Shown here: positions 9,108-18,138 of the stretch, in pieces
Layout of the letters: each line of letters opens with the position of its first letter
How positions within the stretch are numbered: the stretch's first letter is position 1
From: Akkermansiaceae bacterium
Lineage (GTDB): Bacteria; Verrucomicrobiota; Verrucomicrobiia; Verrucomicrobiales; Akkermansiaceae
Direction: 5' to 3'
Length of the DNA stretch: 37,768 nt
Assembly: GCA_050049035.1 (NCBI GenBank)
Contig: JASFWU010000001.1
Span: 1-37,768 of the forward strand
Translations under genes and position numbers: made by a program
Notes under the pieces: generated by a model
What the model was told of the DNA's origin: nothing
The model's input: only the letters and a program-made list of their open reading frames with translations
Database searches by the model: none

Positions 9108-9272
9108 ATGAAAGTTCTCTCTTCTCTCGCTTCCGCCAAACGTCGCCACGCTGACTGCCAAGTCGTCAAGCGTAAGGGGACACTTTACGTCATCAACAAA
9201 ACCAATCCTCGTTTCAAGGCCCGCCAGGGAACGACCAAGGGGACCAAGATGTCCAAGAAGGGCGTGAATTGA
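9108..9272 (+). CDS. rpmJ: Ribosomal protein L36, Cys-poor type B (YkgO-like) with a 13-aa Lys-rich C-terminal extension
   Basis: Not in the ORF track because it is only 54 aa. My own translation is [54 protein letters not shown]. The first 41 aa match the non-zinc L36 paralog pattern, with only one Cys. A strong terminator follows. Confidence 0.85.
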   Translation: MKVLSSLASAKRRHADCQVVKRKGTLYVINKTNPRFKARQGTTKGTKMSKKGVN

Positions 9273-9302
9273 TTTTCTCATTGTTCTTGTTTTCGTGTTT
9301 CG

Positions 9303-9335
9303 AAAAGCGGCCGTCCGGAGGGGCGGCCGTTTTTC
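9303..9335. terminator. Bidirectional intrinsic terminator between convergent rpmJ and the MidA-like gene
   Basis: AAAAGC-GGCCGTCC-GGAG-GGGCGGCC-GTTTTT. This is an 8-bp GC-rich stem with one G-U pair and a 4-nt loop, with an A-tract upstream and a T-tract downstream. Confidence 0.65.
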
Positions 9336-9344
9336 ATTTCCGCC

Positions 9345-10466
9345 TCAGGGAAAGGAACGCTCAACCTTTCCTTTGGTGAGTTCCAAAGTGTAGAACCGGT
9401 TACCAAATTGGCTCGGGTGAATCAGGGTCTGGAACTGGCTGATTTCCCGGGCAGACGGGGATTGCAACAACCATTCCTTTCCGCAGTAGGTGAGAAAACG
9501 GCTTTGGTTGAGGGCAGGGTGAACCTTGAGCCCGAGTTGACCGGCGGCTTCTTCGAATGCGGAAAAATTGACATCGGCCGTGAGATCCTGTTCTCCGGGC
9601 GAATCGAGAGGATGGACCTTGGTTTGATGATTTCGGTAGCAGCGGAGGGTGCCTGCGGTGCGAGCCGGGTGCAACAGGGAATCGGCATCGAGCCCGTAGT
9701 CGATCCAGAGGTGCAAACCCCGCTCAAAAATCCGCTCAAAGGGAGCAAGGAACGAGGTGAAATCAGGTGTCCCTTCAGCGAGATATCCGTCGGGAAGGGT
9801 CCGGGGAAGGGGCGGACCGGCTTCGCGCAGATCCCACTCCAGCCGGTTGCTTTTCTCGGTCACGAACACTTCATGCCATCCGCAGCCGGTCTTGAGAAAT
9901 AGGGGGACGGGGAGGGCATCGAGGACCTCATTGGCAACGAGAACTCCGATTGTGGCCCTGCATTCGTCGGGTGAGGAAACGATCCGGGCCCGGTCGCCCA
10001 GGCGTTTCTCGAGAAGAGCCCGACGCAAGGGCAGGGGCTCGCTGATGACGTAGTCGATGGACCTTGCAAAGTCGGGGTGGTGGGCCCGGGCGGCGGCCAA
10101 AACATCCAGGGCAAGCGAGCCATCGTGTGCACCGGGTTCGAAAATAGTGAAAGTGGACGGAGAGCCGTTGGCTTCCCAAAAGCGATGAAATCTCCGGGCA
10201 AGGAGAAGCCCGAAAACCGGCCCCACCGAGACGCTTGTCATGAAATCCCCCGCTTTTGAAACGGTGGCCGCTTGGTCGCGGGCATAGTAGCCAAGTTTCG
10301 GATCATAGAGGCAGCGTGCCATGTAGTCGGAAAATGAAATCGGACCATTTTCCCGAATGCTTTCGATGATCCCGCGACCCAAGTCAGTGATTGCCCCGCT
10401 GGTCGATCGGGGGTAAGGAAACGCCTGTTGCAGGGCTGCGAAATCCGCGGGATCTTGAGACATCAT
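9345..10466 (-). CDS. MidA/NDUFAF7-family (DUF185) SAM-dependent methyltransferase
   Basis: ISFSDYMARCLYDPKLGYYA and GDFMTSVSVGPVFGLLLAR are hallmark motifs of this family. The start is taken at MMSQDP (10466); the ORF track's alternative is 10508. Confidence 0.8.
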   Translation of the reverse strand: MMSQDPADFAALQQAFPYPRSTSGAITDLGRGIIESIRENGPISFSDYMARCLYDPKLGYYARDQAATVSKAGDFMTSVSVGPVFGLLLARRFHRFWEANGSPSTFTIFEPGAHDGSLALDVLAAARAHHPDFARSIDYVISEPLPLRRALLEKRLGDRARIVSSPDECRATIGVLVANEVLDALPVPLFLKTGCGWHEVFVTEKSNRLEWDLREAGPPLPRTLPDGYLAEGTPDFTSFLAPFERIFERGLHLWIDYGLDADSLLHPARTAGTLRCYRNHQTKVHPLDSPGEQDLTADVNFSAFEEAAGQLGLKVHPALNQSRFLTYCGKEWLLQSPSAREISQFQTLIHPSQFGNRFYTLELTKGKVERSFP

Positions 10467-12966
10467 GTTCGGGAAAAGGAAAAAGAGGCGAAGACGCTGG
10501 TTTTTCAAGCGAAAGGGATTCTGGATCTTTTGCTTGTTCTGCCTGCTGTTGGCTGCCGGTGCGGCTTACTATGGCAATCAGCGCCTTGATCCATACCGTG
10601 AACTGGCAGCCGAGTATGACCTGTCCCGGGTCGGCGAAAAGGAGGAGATGAGCTTCATCCATGACCGGGGAGGGCGCGAGATCGGGACGATGTTCGTCGA
10701 GAATCGTTTTTCCATTCCGCTGGAGGATGTCCCGCCCGTTTTTGTCAATGCGGTGCTGGCCCAGGAGGATCAGCGGTTTTACGAGCATGATGGTGTTGAC
10801 TGGGTCGGGGTGGCCCGGGCTGCGTATCTTAATTTCCGGAGCAACAGCATTACCCAGGGGGCCGGGACCATTACCATGCAGTTGGGCCGGAAATCCTTCG
10901 ATCTTCTCGGCGAGGCCGAGCGCAAGGATTGGTCCGGATATGAAAGGAAAATTGTGGAAGCTTTCGTGGCGCTTAGAATTGAGGAGCACTTCCGCAACCT
11001 CCGAAGATCGGAGTTTGGTGAGGATGAAGAAGGCCTGAAGAAAGCGGCCAAGGAGGACATCCTCGAGATGTATCTCAATCTGGTTCCCTTTGGCTCGGGT
11101 TTTTTTGGAGTCAGGTCGGCGGCTTTGGGATATTTTGGGAAGGAGCCCAAGGATCTCAGTGTTTCCGAGTGTGCCTCGATTGTGGCTTGTTTGAAGAGTC
11201 CCCAGCGAATTTCTCCACTCAACAATCCCCAGGAGAACAAGATGAACCGGGACATGGTGCTGACTCGAATGGCCAAAGAGGGGATGATTAGCGAGGAGGA
11301 ACGGGTCCGCCTGACAAGGGAACCGGTGCGGGTGAACCCGAACCCGATTCGGCGCGGCAAGTCGTTCTTATACGAAATTGTGGCCCGGCAAGCTCGTGAT
11401 CTCGTCGGAGAAGAAGCCCTCTCACGAGGTGGTTACACCATTCGCACCACCATTGATGCGGCGGTCCAGCGGGCTGCCGAGGAGTCCCTGGTCAAGGGGT
11501 TGCAGACTGTTGAGTCGAAGGAGGATTACCGGCATCCACGGTATTCGGACTACGATCCGTCCGGAGGGGTGCCCCAATACCTTCAGGGTGCGGCCTTGAT
11601 GGTGGATCATGAAACGGGAGAGGTGATTGCCCACGTGGGTGGCCGGGACTACGCCCATTCCCAGTACGACTTCATCGAAAACGGAAAGCGCCCCCTGGGA
11701 ACAGCCTTCTTTCCGTTTGTCTATGCTTCATCTTTTGAAAACGGGAATCACCCCGCGACGATTCTCACAGATGAGCAGATGGACTTGCGCAAGTTGCAGG
11801 TCGGAGGATTGGAAGGAGTGGCCGGCGAATGGGGAATGGAAGTGACCAACCCGGGATACGAAGGTCAGATCACCTCACGGCGTGCCCTCGCTGTTTCCAA
11901 GATTGCCGCAACGGTCGAGCTTGGCCAGAAGGTCGGGCTATCCAGGATTCACGAGACCGCGTCGGAGTTTGGTTTGGAGATTCCCGGTGAAGACTTGCTC
12001 AACCGGATGTTGGTGGGCTTTGACAAAGTGAGCATGCCCGAAGTCGTCTCAGCCTATTCCGCCTTTCCACGGGGAGGAACGCGGGTGACCAGCCGGCAAT
12101 ACATTCTCGAGATCCGCGATATTGAGGGGCGGGTGGTGTATCCGGTGAATGAAGACGGTCCCGCCCTCGAAACCGCCCCGGCCTGCTCCGAGTCCACTGC
12201 ATTTCAGGTCCACCACATTTTGAACGAAGTGCTTCGAAAGGGAAACCTCGCGGAGGATGCCAAAGGACTGAAGCCCGGCTTGATGTCGGGAGGGGGAAAG
12301 ACCGGAACACCTTACGGAATGAGTGATGCCTGGATGGTGGGTTACAACAGCCGGGTCACCTGTGCCGTGTGGGTGGGGTTTTACGAGGGGGATCGCGAGG
12401 CCATCCACCAGACCGCTTTCGCAAGGCGTTTGGCCTATCCGATCTGGCAGGAAATGATGAACAATTCCCAACCTGCCTTTTTGGGAAAGGAGATCGCTGT
12501 TCCCGATTCCCTGGAAAGGGTCGCGGTCTGCCGGGTCTCGGGCATGCGTTCCACCCGTTACTGTAACGAATCGGTGGTTGACCCGATCACCGGGCAGATT
12601 TCGTTTCCAAGTACCAGCTACCTGGAATACCTTCGGAAAGGGCAGGAACTCGGCATCTGTTCCGTCCATGGTCCGGGAGTTGATGTGGAGGCCCTTGCCG
12701 ATCGGGCCAGGGGAAACGGAAATCTCAATACCATTCCCATCAAGTCCAAAGCTCCTCTCCTGCTCGGATTTGATCCATACGACAGTGAAACCCCGACCCT
12801 CGGTATGGTGGATGAGAACGCACGCGCGTGGTTGACAGATGATGGGACCCTTGTGGTGGAGGACACCGTCCGGGGTGAGCGTGCCGCTTATCTGGAATTA
12901 CCACCTCCTCCACCTTTCAGGCTTCCTTCGTCGGATGATGTTCCGCAGATTCTGGAAAGAAATTGA
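10465..12966 (+). CDS. Class A penicillin-binding protein (PBP1A family): intact GT51 glycosyltransferase, divergent transpeptidase motifs
   Basis: 833 aa with a basic tail and a TM helix. GT51 motifs are present: EDQRFYEHDGVD, GAGTITMQLGRK, RKIVEAF, KEDILEMYLN. The transpeptidase region aligns with PBP1A, but it reads GTAFFPFVY where SxxK is expected and SKI where SxN is expected. KTGT is retained. Confidence 0.9.
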   Translation: MFGKRKKRRRRWFFKRKGFWIFCLFCLLLAAGAAYYGNQRLDPYRELAAEYDLSRVGEKEEMSFIHDRGGREIGTMFVENRFSIPLEDVPPVFVNAVLAQEDQRFYEHDGVDWVGVARAAYLNFRSNSITQGAGTITMQLGRKSFDLLGEAERKDWSGYERKIVEAFVALRIEEHFRNLRRSEFGEDEEGLKKAAKEDILEMYLNLVPFGSGFFGVRSAALGYFGKEPKDLSVSECASIVACLKSPQRISPLNNPQENKMNRDMVLTRMAKEGMISEEERVRLTREPVRVNPNPIRRGKSFLYEIVARQARDLVGEEALSRGGYTIRTTIDAAVQRAAEESLVKGLQTVESKEDYRHPRYSDYDPSGGVPQYLQGAALMVDHETGEVIAHVGGRDYAHSQYDFIENGKRPLGTAFFPFVYASSFENGNHPATILTDEQMDLRKLQVGGLEGVAGEWGMEVTNPGYEGQITSRRALAVSKIAATVELGQKVGLSRIHETASEFGLEIPGEDLLNRMLVGFDKVSMPEVVSAYSAFPRGGTRVTSRQYILEIRDIEGRVVYPVNEDGPALETAPACSESTAFQVHHILNEVLRKGNLAEDAKGLKPGLMSGGGKTGTPYGMSDAWMVGYNSRVTCAVWVGFYEGDREAIHQTAFARRLAYPIWQEMMNNSQPAFLGKEIAVPDSLERVAVCRVSGMRSTRYCNESVVDPITGQISFPSTSYLEYLRKGQELGICSVHGPGVDVEALADRARGNGNLNTIPIKSKAPLLLGFDPYDSETPTLGMVDENARAWLTDDGTLVVEDTVRGERAAYLELPPPPPFRLPSSDDVPQILERN

Positions 12967-12967
12967 T

Positions 12968-14191
12968 ATGAGTGTGAGTTCTCCGCCAAATCGTTGGACC
13001 CCTTTCCAGTGTCCCGCCTGCCATGCCTTGTTCCGGATCCGGAGTTCCGATGTCGGGAAGACCGGACGTTGTCCGGTTTGTGAAGCGGCGGTCGAGGCTG
13101 TCGGGAGATCTTCCATCTCCGGACCGGCAGTGGTTGAAGAGCGTGAGAAGACAACCCGCGAACTCCTCGACAAGGTGGCGGTGGCGCGGGAAATGACCCC
13201 CGATGAGATTGAAGCCCGCGAAGCCGAGGCTCGAAATCGAAAGCGTGTTTATCTGGGCGAGAGACGCGGCAAGGGAACCTCCGGTTGGCATGAGCATGGG
13301 GAAGAAGGCGGTCGAAAGAAGACCACCTGGATGATCTGGGTGAGCGGCTTCCTCCTGCTGGCACTCGCGGCAACCTTTGGTTACACCTACATTGTTGGTA
13401 AGGAAAAACCCAAAGCGGCGACGGAAACTGACCTTGCTGCTGTTGAGATGCTGGAGAAGTTCCAGACGGTGCCCAACCCGAAGGCGAATCCGGAGAAGGA
13501 CGAGGTTGCCGACTTGATCGACCGCTACGGCGAATATGATGTGGCCAAGATCGAGGAGACCCTGAAAAATTTTTTGAACGCGGAGACGGTTGAAGAGAAA
13601 AAGAAGTTTGTGCGTAACCCGGAGAGAGTTGGACCTCTGATGGACAAGCATTACTCCCGGGTGCCCTATGAGCCGGAGGGGCTGGAATCGATCAATAAAA
13701 ACCAAATCTCCTACCGAAAGGAGATGGTGATCATGAACGTGCAGACGGCTGACTTTGTGAGCCATTCCGTTCAGATCGAACGCCTTCCAGGCGACGTGGA
13801 AAAGTATGCCGTGGAATGGGAAGCCTGGGTTGGCTATGGCGACTATCTGCCGGAGGAGATGCGCTCCCTCAGGCCCGTTGAGCCATTCCTGGTCCGCGTT
13901 TTGATGGATGACCAGAGCTATTATAATTATGGGTTTTCCGATGACAAGAAATGGCAGTCTTATGGCATCAAAATCGGCGAGGAGCGGTATAGTTTTCTCG
14001 GGTATGTTCCGAGGGATTCGACCCTCAACGAAGAGCTTTCGGTTGTCCGGAAAGCAGGAGGAGCCATTCCCATGATTATTCGGGTGGTTTATCCTCCGAA
14101 TGCCCGGGCCAAAGACCAGGTGGAGATCGTCGAGGTGGTTTCCGTGAATAGTTGGATTCTTTCCGCACCAGACGACAAGGACGATGAGTGA
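12968..14191 (+). CDS. Zinc-ribbon, single-pass membrane protein with extracytoplasmic domain, unknown function
   Basis: The ATG at 12968 lies 1 nt after the PBP stop and gives 407 aa. It has an N-terminal CPACH...CPVCE ribbon, a TM helix WMIWVSGFLLLALAATFGYTYIV and a ~230-aa C-terminal domain. No family recognised. Confidence 0.6.
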   Translation: MSVSSPPNRWTPFQCPACHALFRIRSSDVGKTGRCPVCEAAVEAVGRSSISGPAVVEEREKTTRELLDKVAVAREMTPDEIEAREAEARNRKRVYLGERRGKGTSGWHEHGEEGGRKKTTWMIWVSGFLLLALAATFGYTYIVGKEKPKAATETDLAAVEMLEKFQTVPNPKANPEKDEVADLIDRYGEYDVAKIEETLKNFLNAETVEEKKKFVRNPERVGPLMDKHYSRVPYEPEGLESINKNQISYRKEMVIMNVQTADFVSHSVQIERLPGDVEKYAVEWEAWVGYGDYLPEEMRSLRPVEPFLVRVLMDDQSYYNYGFSDDKKWQSYGIKIGEERYSFLGYVPRDSTLNEELSVVRKAGGAIPMIIRVVYPPNARAKDQVEIVEVVSVNSWILSAPDDKDDE

Positions 14192-15578
14192 CCCTGCGCG
14201 TTCTCCGGAGGAAAAGGCTCTGAAGATCAATCTTGATTCCTCGATTTACGGGACCTTTGCCGAGATTGGAGCCGGCCAGGAGGTGGCCAACTGGTTCTTC
14301 CGGGCGTCCGCCACCGCTGGCACGGTGGCGAAATCGATTTCGGCTTATGACATGACCATCAGCGACGCCCTTTACGGCAAGTCGGGGAGGTATGTCTCCC
14401 AGGAGAGGGTCGTTGATATGGTGAACTACGAGTACGATCTCCTGGAGAAGAGATTGGCCGGGCCCCGCGGAAAGAAATCCCGCTTCTTTGCCTTCACCAA
14501 TACAGTCCGTGCGAGGGGATACAATGACTCCGGAGATTGCCACGGGTGGCTGGCCATCCGCTACCAGCTGCAGTCCGGACGACCCTCCGGAACCATCGTT
14601 CTCCACGTCAATCTTCTCGATCAGGAAAACGTTGATCAAATGGAGGCCCTCGGAATTTTGGGGGTGAATTTGATTGATGCCGCTTATCACGCCATCGGCG
14701 ATCTTCAGAAGTTTGTCGCATCACTCACGGAGTTCATTTCTCCGGGCCGGATCGAGATCGACATGTTGAAGTTCCATGGAGAGTCCTTCATGTCGGTGGA
14801 CAACCGGATCTGTGCCTTGGAACTGGTCAGGCAGGGAATGTCTCCCACAACCATCTTCATGCCCGATGGGGAAGTGGCCCAGGCGGCCGATGTCTTTTAC
14901 AAAACACCGCTTCTCATCCTCCGGGGAAGTTTTTTCCCGGTCACCAACCTGCATCTCGACATGCTCCAACAGGCGGGGCGGGTCTTCCCTCCCGAAAGTG
15001 CTGCGACGGATGCCCGGGAGTGCCGCGAGGTGTGTGAATTGTCATTGAGCAATCTCTTGCGTGACGGTCAGGTGGATCTGGTGTCATTCCTTGATCGTGC
15101 CGATGCCCTCCAGTCATTGGGCAAGGTGGTGATGATTTCCAATTGCCCCGAGTTCCACCGGGTTGCCACCATTCTTCGGCGATACACCAGCGAGCCCATC
15201 GGGATGATTCTCTCAATCGGGCTCCTGAATGAGTTGTTCAAGGAGAAGTGGTCGGAGTCGCTGCAAGGTGGCATCCTCGAGTCTTTCGGGCGCCTCTTTA
15301 AGAACCAATTGTCCCTCCTCGTCTATCCGTGGCAAAATCGCAATCAAGGGGAGTTGGTTACCGCCAATAACTTTCGGGCGCCGGATGGACTGACCCATCT
15401 GTATGAGCACTTCCTCGAGAACGGAATGATCTCCGACATTGGATGTGGTGATGAGAGATTGCTGGAGATGACGGGGCGACGCATCCTTGCGGCAGCAAAA
15501 GAAGGAAGCAATTGGGAGGAATGGGTCCCCGCGGAAGCCCGCGACCTCGTTCGCAACGCCCTCAAGGCGGACGTCTGA
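14184..15578 (+). CDS. Conserved soluble protein of unknown function
   Basis: 464 aa, overlapping the previous gene by 8 nt. The N-terminal block INLDSSIYGTFAEIGAGQEVANWFF...TVAKSISAYDMTISDALYG looks like a conserved family I cannot name reliably. Confidence 0.6.
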   Translation: MSDPARSPEEKALKINLDSSIYGTFAEIGAGQEVANWFFRASATAGTVAKSISAYDMTISDALYGKSGRYVSQERVVDMVNYEYDLLEKRLAGPRGKKSRFFAFTNTVRARGYNDSGDCHGWLAIRYQLQSGRPSGTIVLHVNLLDQENVDQMEALGILGVNLIDAAYHAIGDLQKFVASLTEFISPGRIEIDMLKFHGESFMSVDNRICALELVRQGMSPTTIFMPDGEVAQAADVFYKTPLLILRGSFFPVTNLHLDMLQQAGRVFPPESAATDARECREVCELSLSNLLRDGQVDLVSFLDRADALQSLGKVVMISNCPEFHRVATILRRYTSEPIGMILSIGLLNELFKEKWSESLQGGILESFGRLFKNQLSLLVYPWQNRNQGELVTANNFRAPDGLTHLYEHFLENGMISDIGCGDERLLEMTGRRILAAAKEGSNWEEWVPAEARDLVRNALKADV

Positions 15579-15613
15579 ATCGGCGGAGCTGTGCATTGAG
15601 GGCCCGGGTGGAT

Positions 15614-18007
15614 TTACCTGGCCGGTTTCCAGTCGGGGAACCGGCTCTCAAGGCGGCTCTTGAAATCCTGGGCGACAGCCTGGTTGCCGGCTTTCGTCGC
15701 TGCCTGGAAACCTCCGTGAAGTGCACGAGGTTGCATGAGGGGATCATCCGGAACCATGGCCACGGTGGTCTGGAACTCTTTCAGCGATTCCTCCCAGTCT
15801 TCCCTGGCTAGGGCAACCTCAGCCCGGATGAGGTGGAAGCCGGCGATGCGGGGGCCGGCTACCTTGAGTTCGATCCCCTTTCTGGTGGCCTCCAGAGCCT
15901 CGGGATATTTTTTCAAACCCAGCCGGGCCTCGGCAAGATCAAGATAAGAGTCGGCCACCCATTTTGGTTTTTGCTTTTGTTCGAGCAGTAAAAGACTGGT
16001 GGCCTCGCCTTTTTCATACTGGCCGGAACGGTTCTGTGCTTTGGCCAGAATCCGCCAGACCGCGATCTCTGCATTGGTCGGGAAGGTATTGGCTGTTGCC
16101 CGTTCCAGGTATTGGGCGGCCAAACCGGATTCCCCGTCGTGGAACAGCTGGACCCCGAGCCATGAAAGAATGTGCCTCGGGATCATCTTCGCCGGAGCCT
16201 GGCGGTAGACTTCCTGCAGTGATTGGTGAAGGGCGCTGGTATTACGCATTTCGAAGGCTCCCAGGATGAGAAGGTCGCCAACCTGTTGGTTGTAGATTTC
16301 CGGAGCCTGTGTCCTCGCTTTTCGCAAGTAGGGAGGAGCCTCGGAAAATTTCTTGAGCTTGTGATATCCCCAACCAATCCGGTAATTGGCATTTGCCAGG
16401 GTGGCAGCGGGAAGATCTGGATAGTTGGCGAGGATCCGGCGGAGCCGTTCGATCATCCCCTCATATTTTTGCTCCTGTTGAAGAACCCGGGCACTTCCCT
16501 GCAAGGCGAAGGTGGTGTGAGCCGTGGAGGTTTCCATCGCGAGGACTGCTTCAAAATCGCGAAGAGCCGAGGTGGCGTCACCGACGGCAAGGTAAGCTTC
16601 GGCCCGCTTGTTGAGCGCGGCGGCCCGCTGGCGGTGCTTCGGGAAGTCGGCGAGAAGGCGGGTAAAGCTTCGGGCGGCGCCATCGAACTGTCCTGACTCG
16701 CTCAGGGCCCAGCCATGCTTGAAAAGATATTCCTCCCGATAAGCCGGAGGCAGTTTCTCGTCATCGATTGCATTAAAGGCCATCGCGGCTCCCGCCATGT
16801 CCCGTTTGTTAAAAAGTGCTTCGCCTTTGAAGAAATGAGCCTTGTGAATATTGGGGTGATCTTTGAAGCCCCGGGCGTAAATTTCCAGGAAGATGTCGAC
16901 GCGTTGCGCCAGGCCGGGATGGGCGAGGTGGTGATCGCAAACCAAACACTGGAAGGAAGCCTGAAAGGCTGTTGGGGTCTCGGGAAGGGCGCGATCGACC
17001 CGACGGTAGCACGCCCGCGCCTCGCGATATTGTTTTAAGATCAGATAAGCATTGCCGGCCCGCATGCTTCGGCGGGCTTCCGTTTTCCCGGTCGCCCCAA
17101 AGTCGCCGCGCTGGTAAAGGCTGATCACGGTGCTCCATTCTTTTTTTTTGCTGTAAAGCCCCATGAGAGAGGTCTGTGCCTTGGCTTTGTTGGTGGCGAG
17201 ACTCCTTCGCTCCTCATTGGTGAGCGACGGGTCATCCACCCGCATGTTGAGGATGGTCCGGAGATGGGAGTCCTGGGCATCCTCCTGGCCAAGCTCCGCC
17301 GAAGCGAGACCGGTGTAAAAAATCGCCTGCGAACGATATTGCGTATCGGCGCCGGCTGCGAGGAGGGGGCGAAGAACTCCGATGGTGGCCTTGAATTTGT
17401 CCGCCTGAAAAAACTGATAACCCAACAGAAATCGGGCCCAGTCCTGATGGTGATGTTTTGGGGTGTCGAGAATCTCGCGGAGGGACGAAATCACCTCATC
17501 CCGTTTGTTGAGCTTGAGCAGGCACTCCACTTCTTTCGTCTTGGCAATCTGGCGAAGCTTTTCGTCGGACAATTGCTTCGACGCGATCGCGAAATAGGTG
17601 GCTCCTTCCTGCCACTTTTCCTCCACCAGAGCGAGGTAGGCCATTTGGCGGGCCGCACTGCCGACATATGGTCCCCTTCGATGCCTCGTGATCAGAAAGC
17701 GATAAGTTTCCCGAGCCGCTTCGATCTGTCCCAGGCTTTGGCGGGCGTATCCCAGATGGAAACGCGCAGCGACCTCGTTCCGGCTGCCGGAGAAGCGTTC
17801 CAGATATCTCACGTAGAGCCCGACGACATAGTTCATGTAGCGCGCCTTTTCATACCTGTCCTGTTGGGCCATCCCGGCGGCGTAGTATCGCTCGGCCTCT
17901 TGAAAGGCGGCAGCTTCAGCCGTGCTCTGTGCGCGAACCAGGGAACCCGTCAGAATGACGAGGGCCAGTGGTCCAATACGGAACAAAAGGGAAAAGAAAG
18001 GAGGCAT
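15614..18007 (-). CDS. Secreted tetratricopeptide-repeat (TPR) protein
   Basis: 797 aa with the signal peptide MPPFFSLLFRIGPLALVILTGSLVRAQS. It is built from repeated ~34-aa Ala/Tyr/Leu-patterned helical repeats throughout. Confidence 0.8.
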   Translation of the reverse strand: MPPFFSLLFRIGPLALVILTGSLVRAQSTAEAAAFQEAERYYAAGMAQQDRYEKARYMNYVVGLYVRYLERFSGSRNEVAARFHLGYARQSLGQIEAARETYRFLITRHRRGPYVGSAARQMAYLALVEEKWQEGATYFAIASKQLSDEKLRQIAKTKEVECLLKLNKRDEVISSLREILDTPKHHHQDWARFLLGYQFFQADKFKATIGVLRPLLAAGADTQYRSQAIFYTGLASAELGQEDAQDSHLRTILNMRVDDPSLTNEERRSLATNKAKAQTSLMGLYSKKKEWSTVISLYQRGDFGATGKTEARRSMRAGNAYLILKQYREARACYRRVDRALPETPTAFQASFQCLVCDHHLAHPGLAQRVDIFLEIYARGFKDHPNIHKAHFFKGEALFNKRDMAGAAMAFNAIDDEKLPPAYREEYLFKHGWALSESGQFDGAARSFTRLLADFPKHRQRAAALNKRAEAYLAVGDATSALRDFEAVLAMETSTAHTTFALQGSARVLQQEQKYEGMIERLRRILANYPDLPAATLANANYRIGWGYHKLKKFSEAPPYLRKARTQAPEIYNQQVGDLLILGAFEMRNTSALHQSLQEVYRQAPAKMIPRHILSWLGVQLFHDGESGLAAQYLERATANTFPTNAEIAVWRILAKAQNRSGQYEKGEATSLLLLEQKQKPKWVADSYLDLAEARLGLKKYPEALEATRKGIELKVAGPRIAGFHLIRAEVALAREDWEESLKEFQTTVAMVPDDPLMQPRALHGGFQAATKAGNQAVAQDFKSRLESRFPDWKPAR

Positions 18008-18138
18008 TTTGAGCTTTCCGGGGCGGGGTAAGGTCGGGCTTCACGAGACGCTCTCACGGCTTCCCGTAAAGATCAATCACTGGAATTCCGGAAACAGGAA
18101 GCTTGCGGCCCGGGGCGGAAGACGATAACGCCCACCGC

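Noticed and set aside
12917-14230. A 437-aa ORF on the minus strand, fully antisense to the zinc-ribbon membrane protein gene.
   Set aside because: Its composition (Leu/Arg/His/Gly-rich, no motifs) is typical of a shadow ORF in GC-rich DNA. The plus-strand frame has a Zn-ribbon, a TM helix and codon bias like its neighbours, and it is coupled to the flanking genes.
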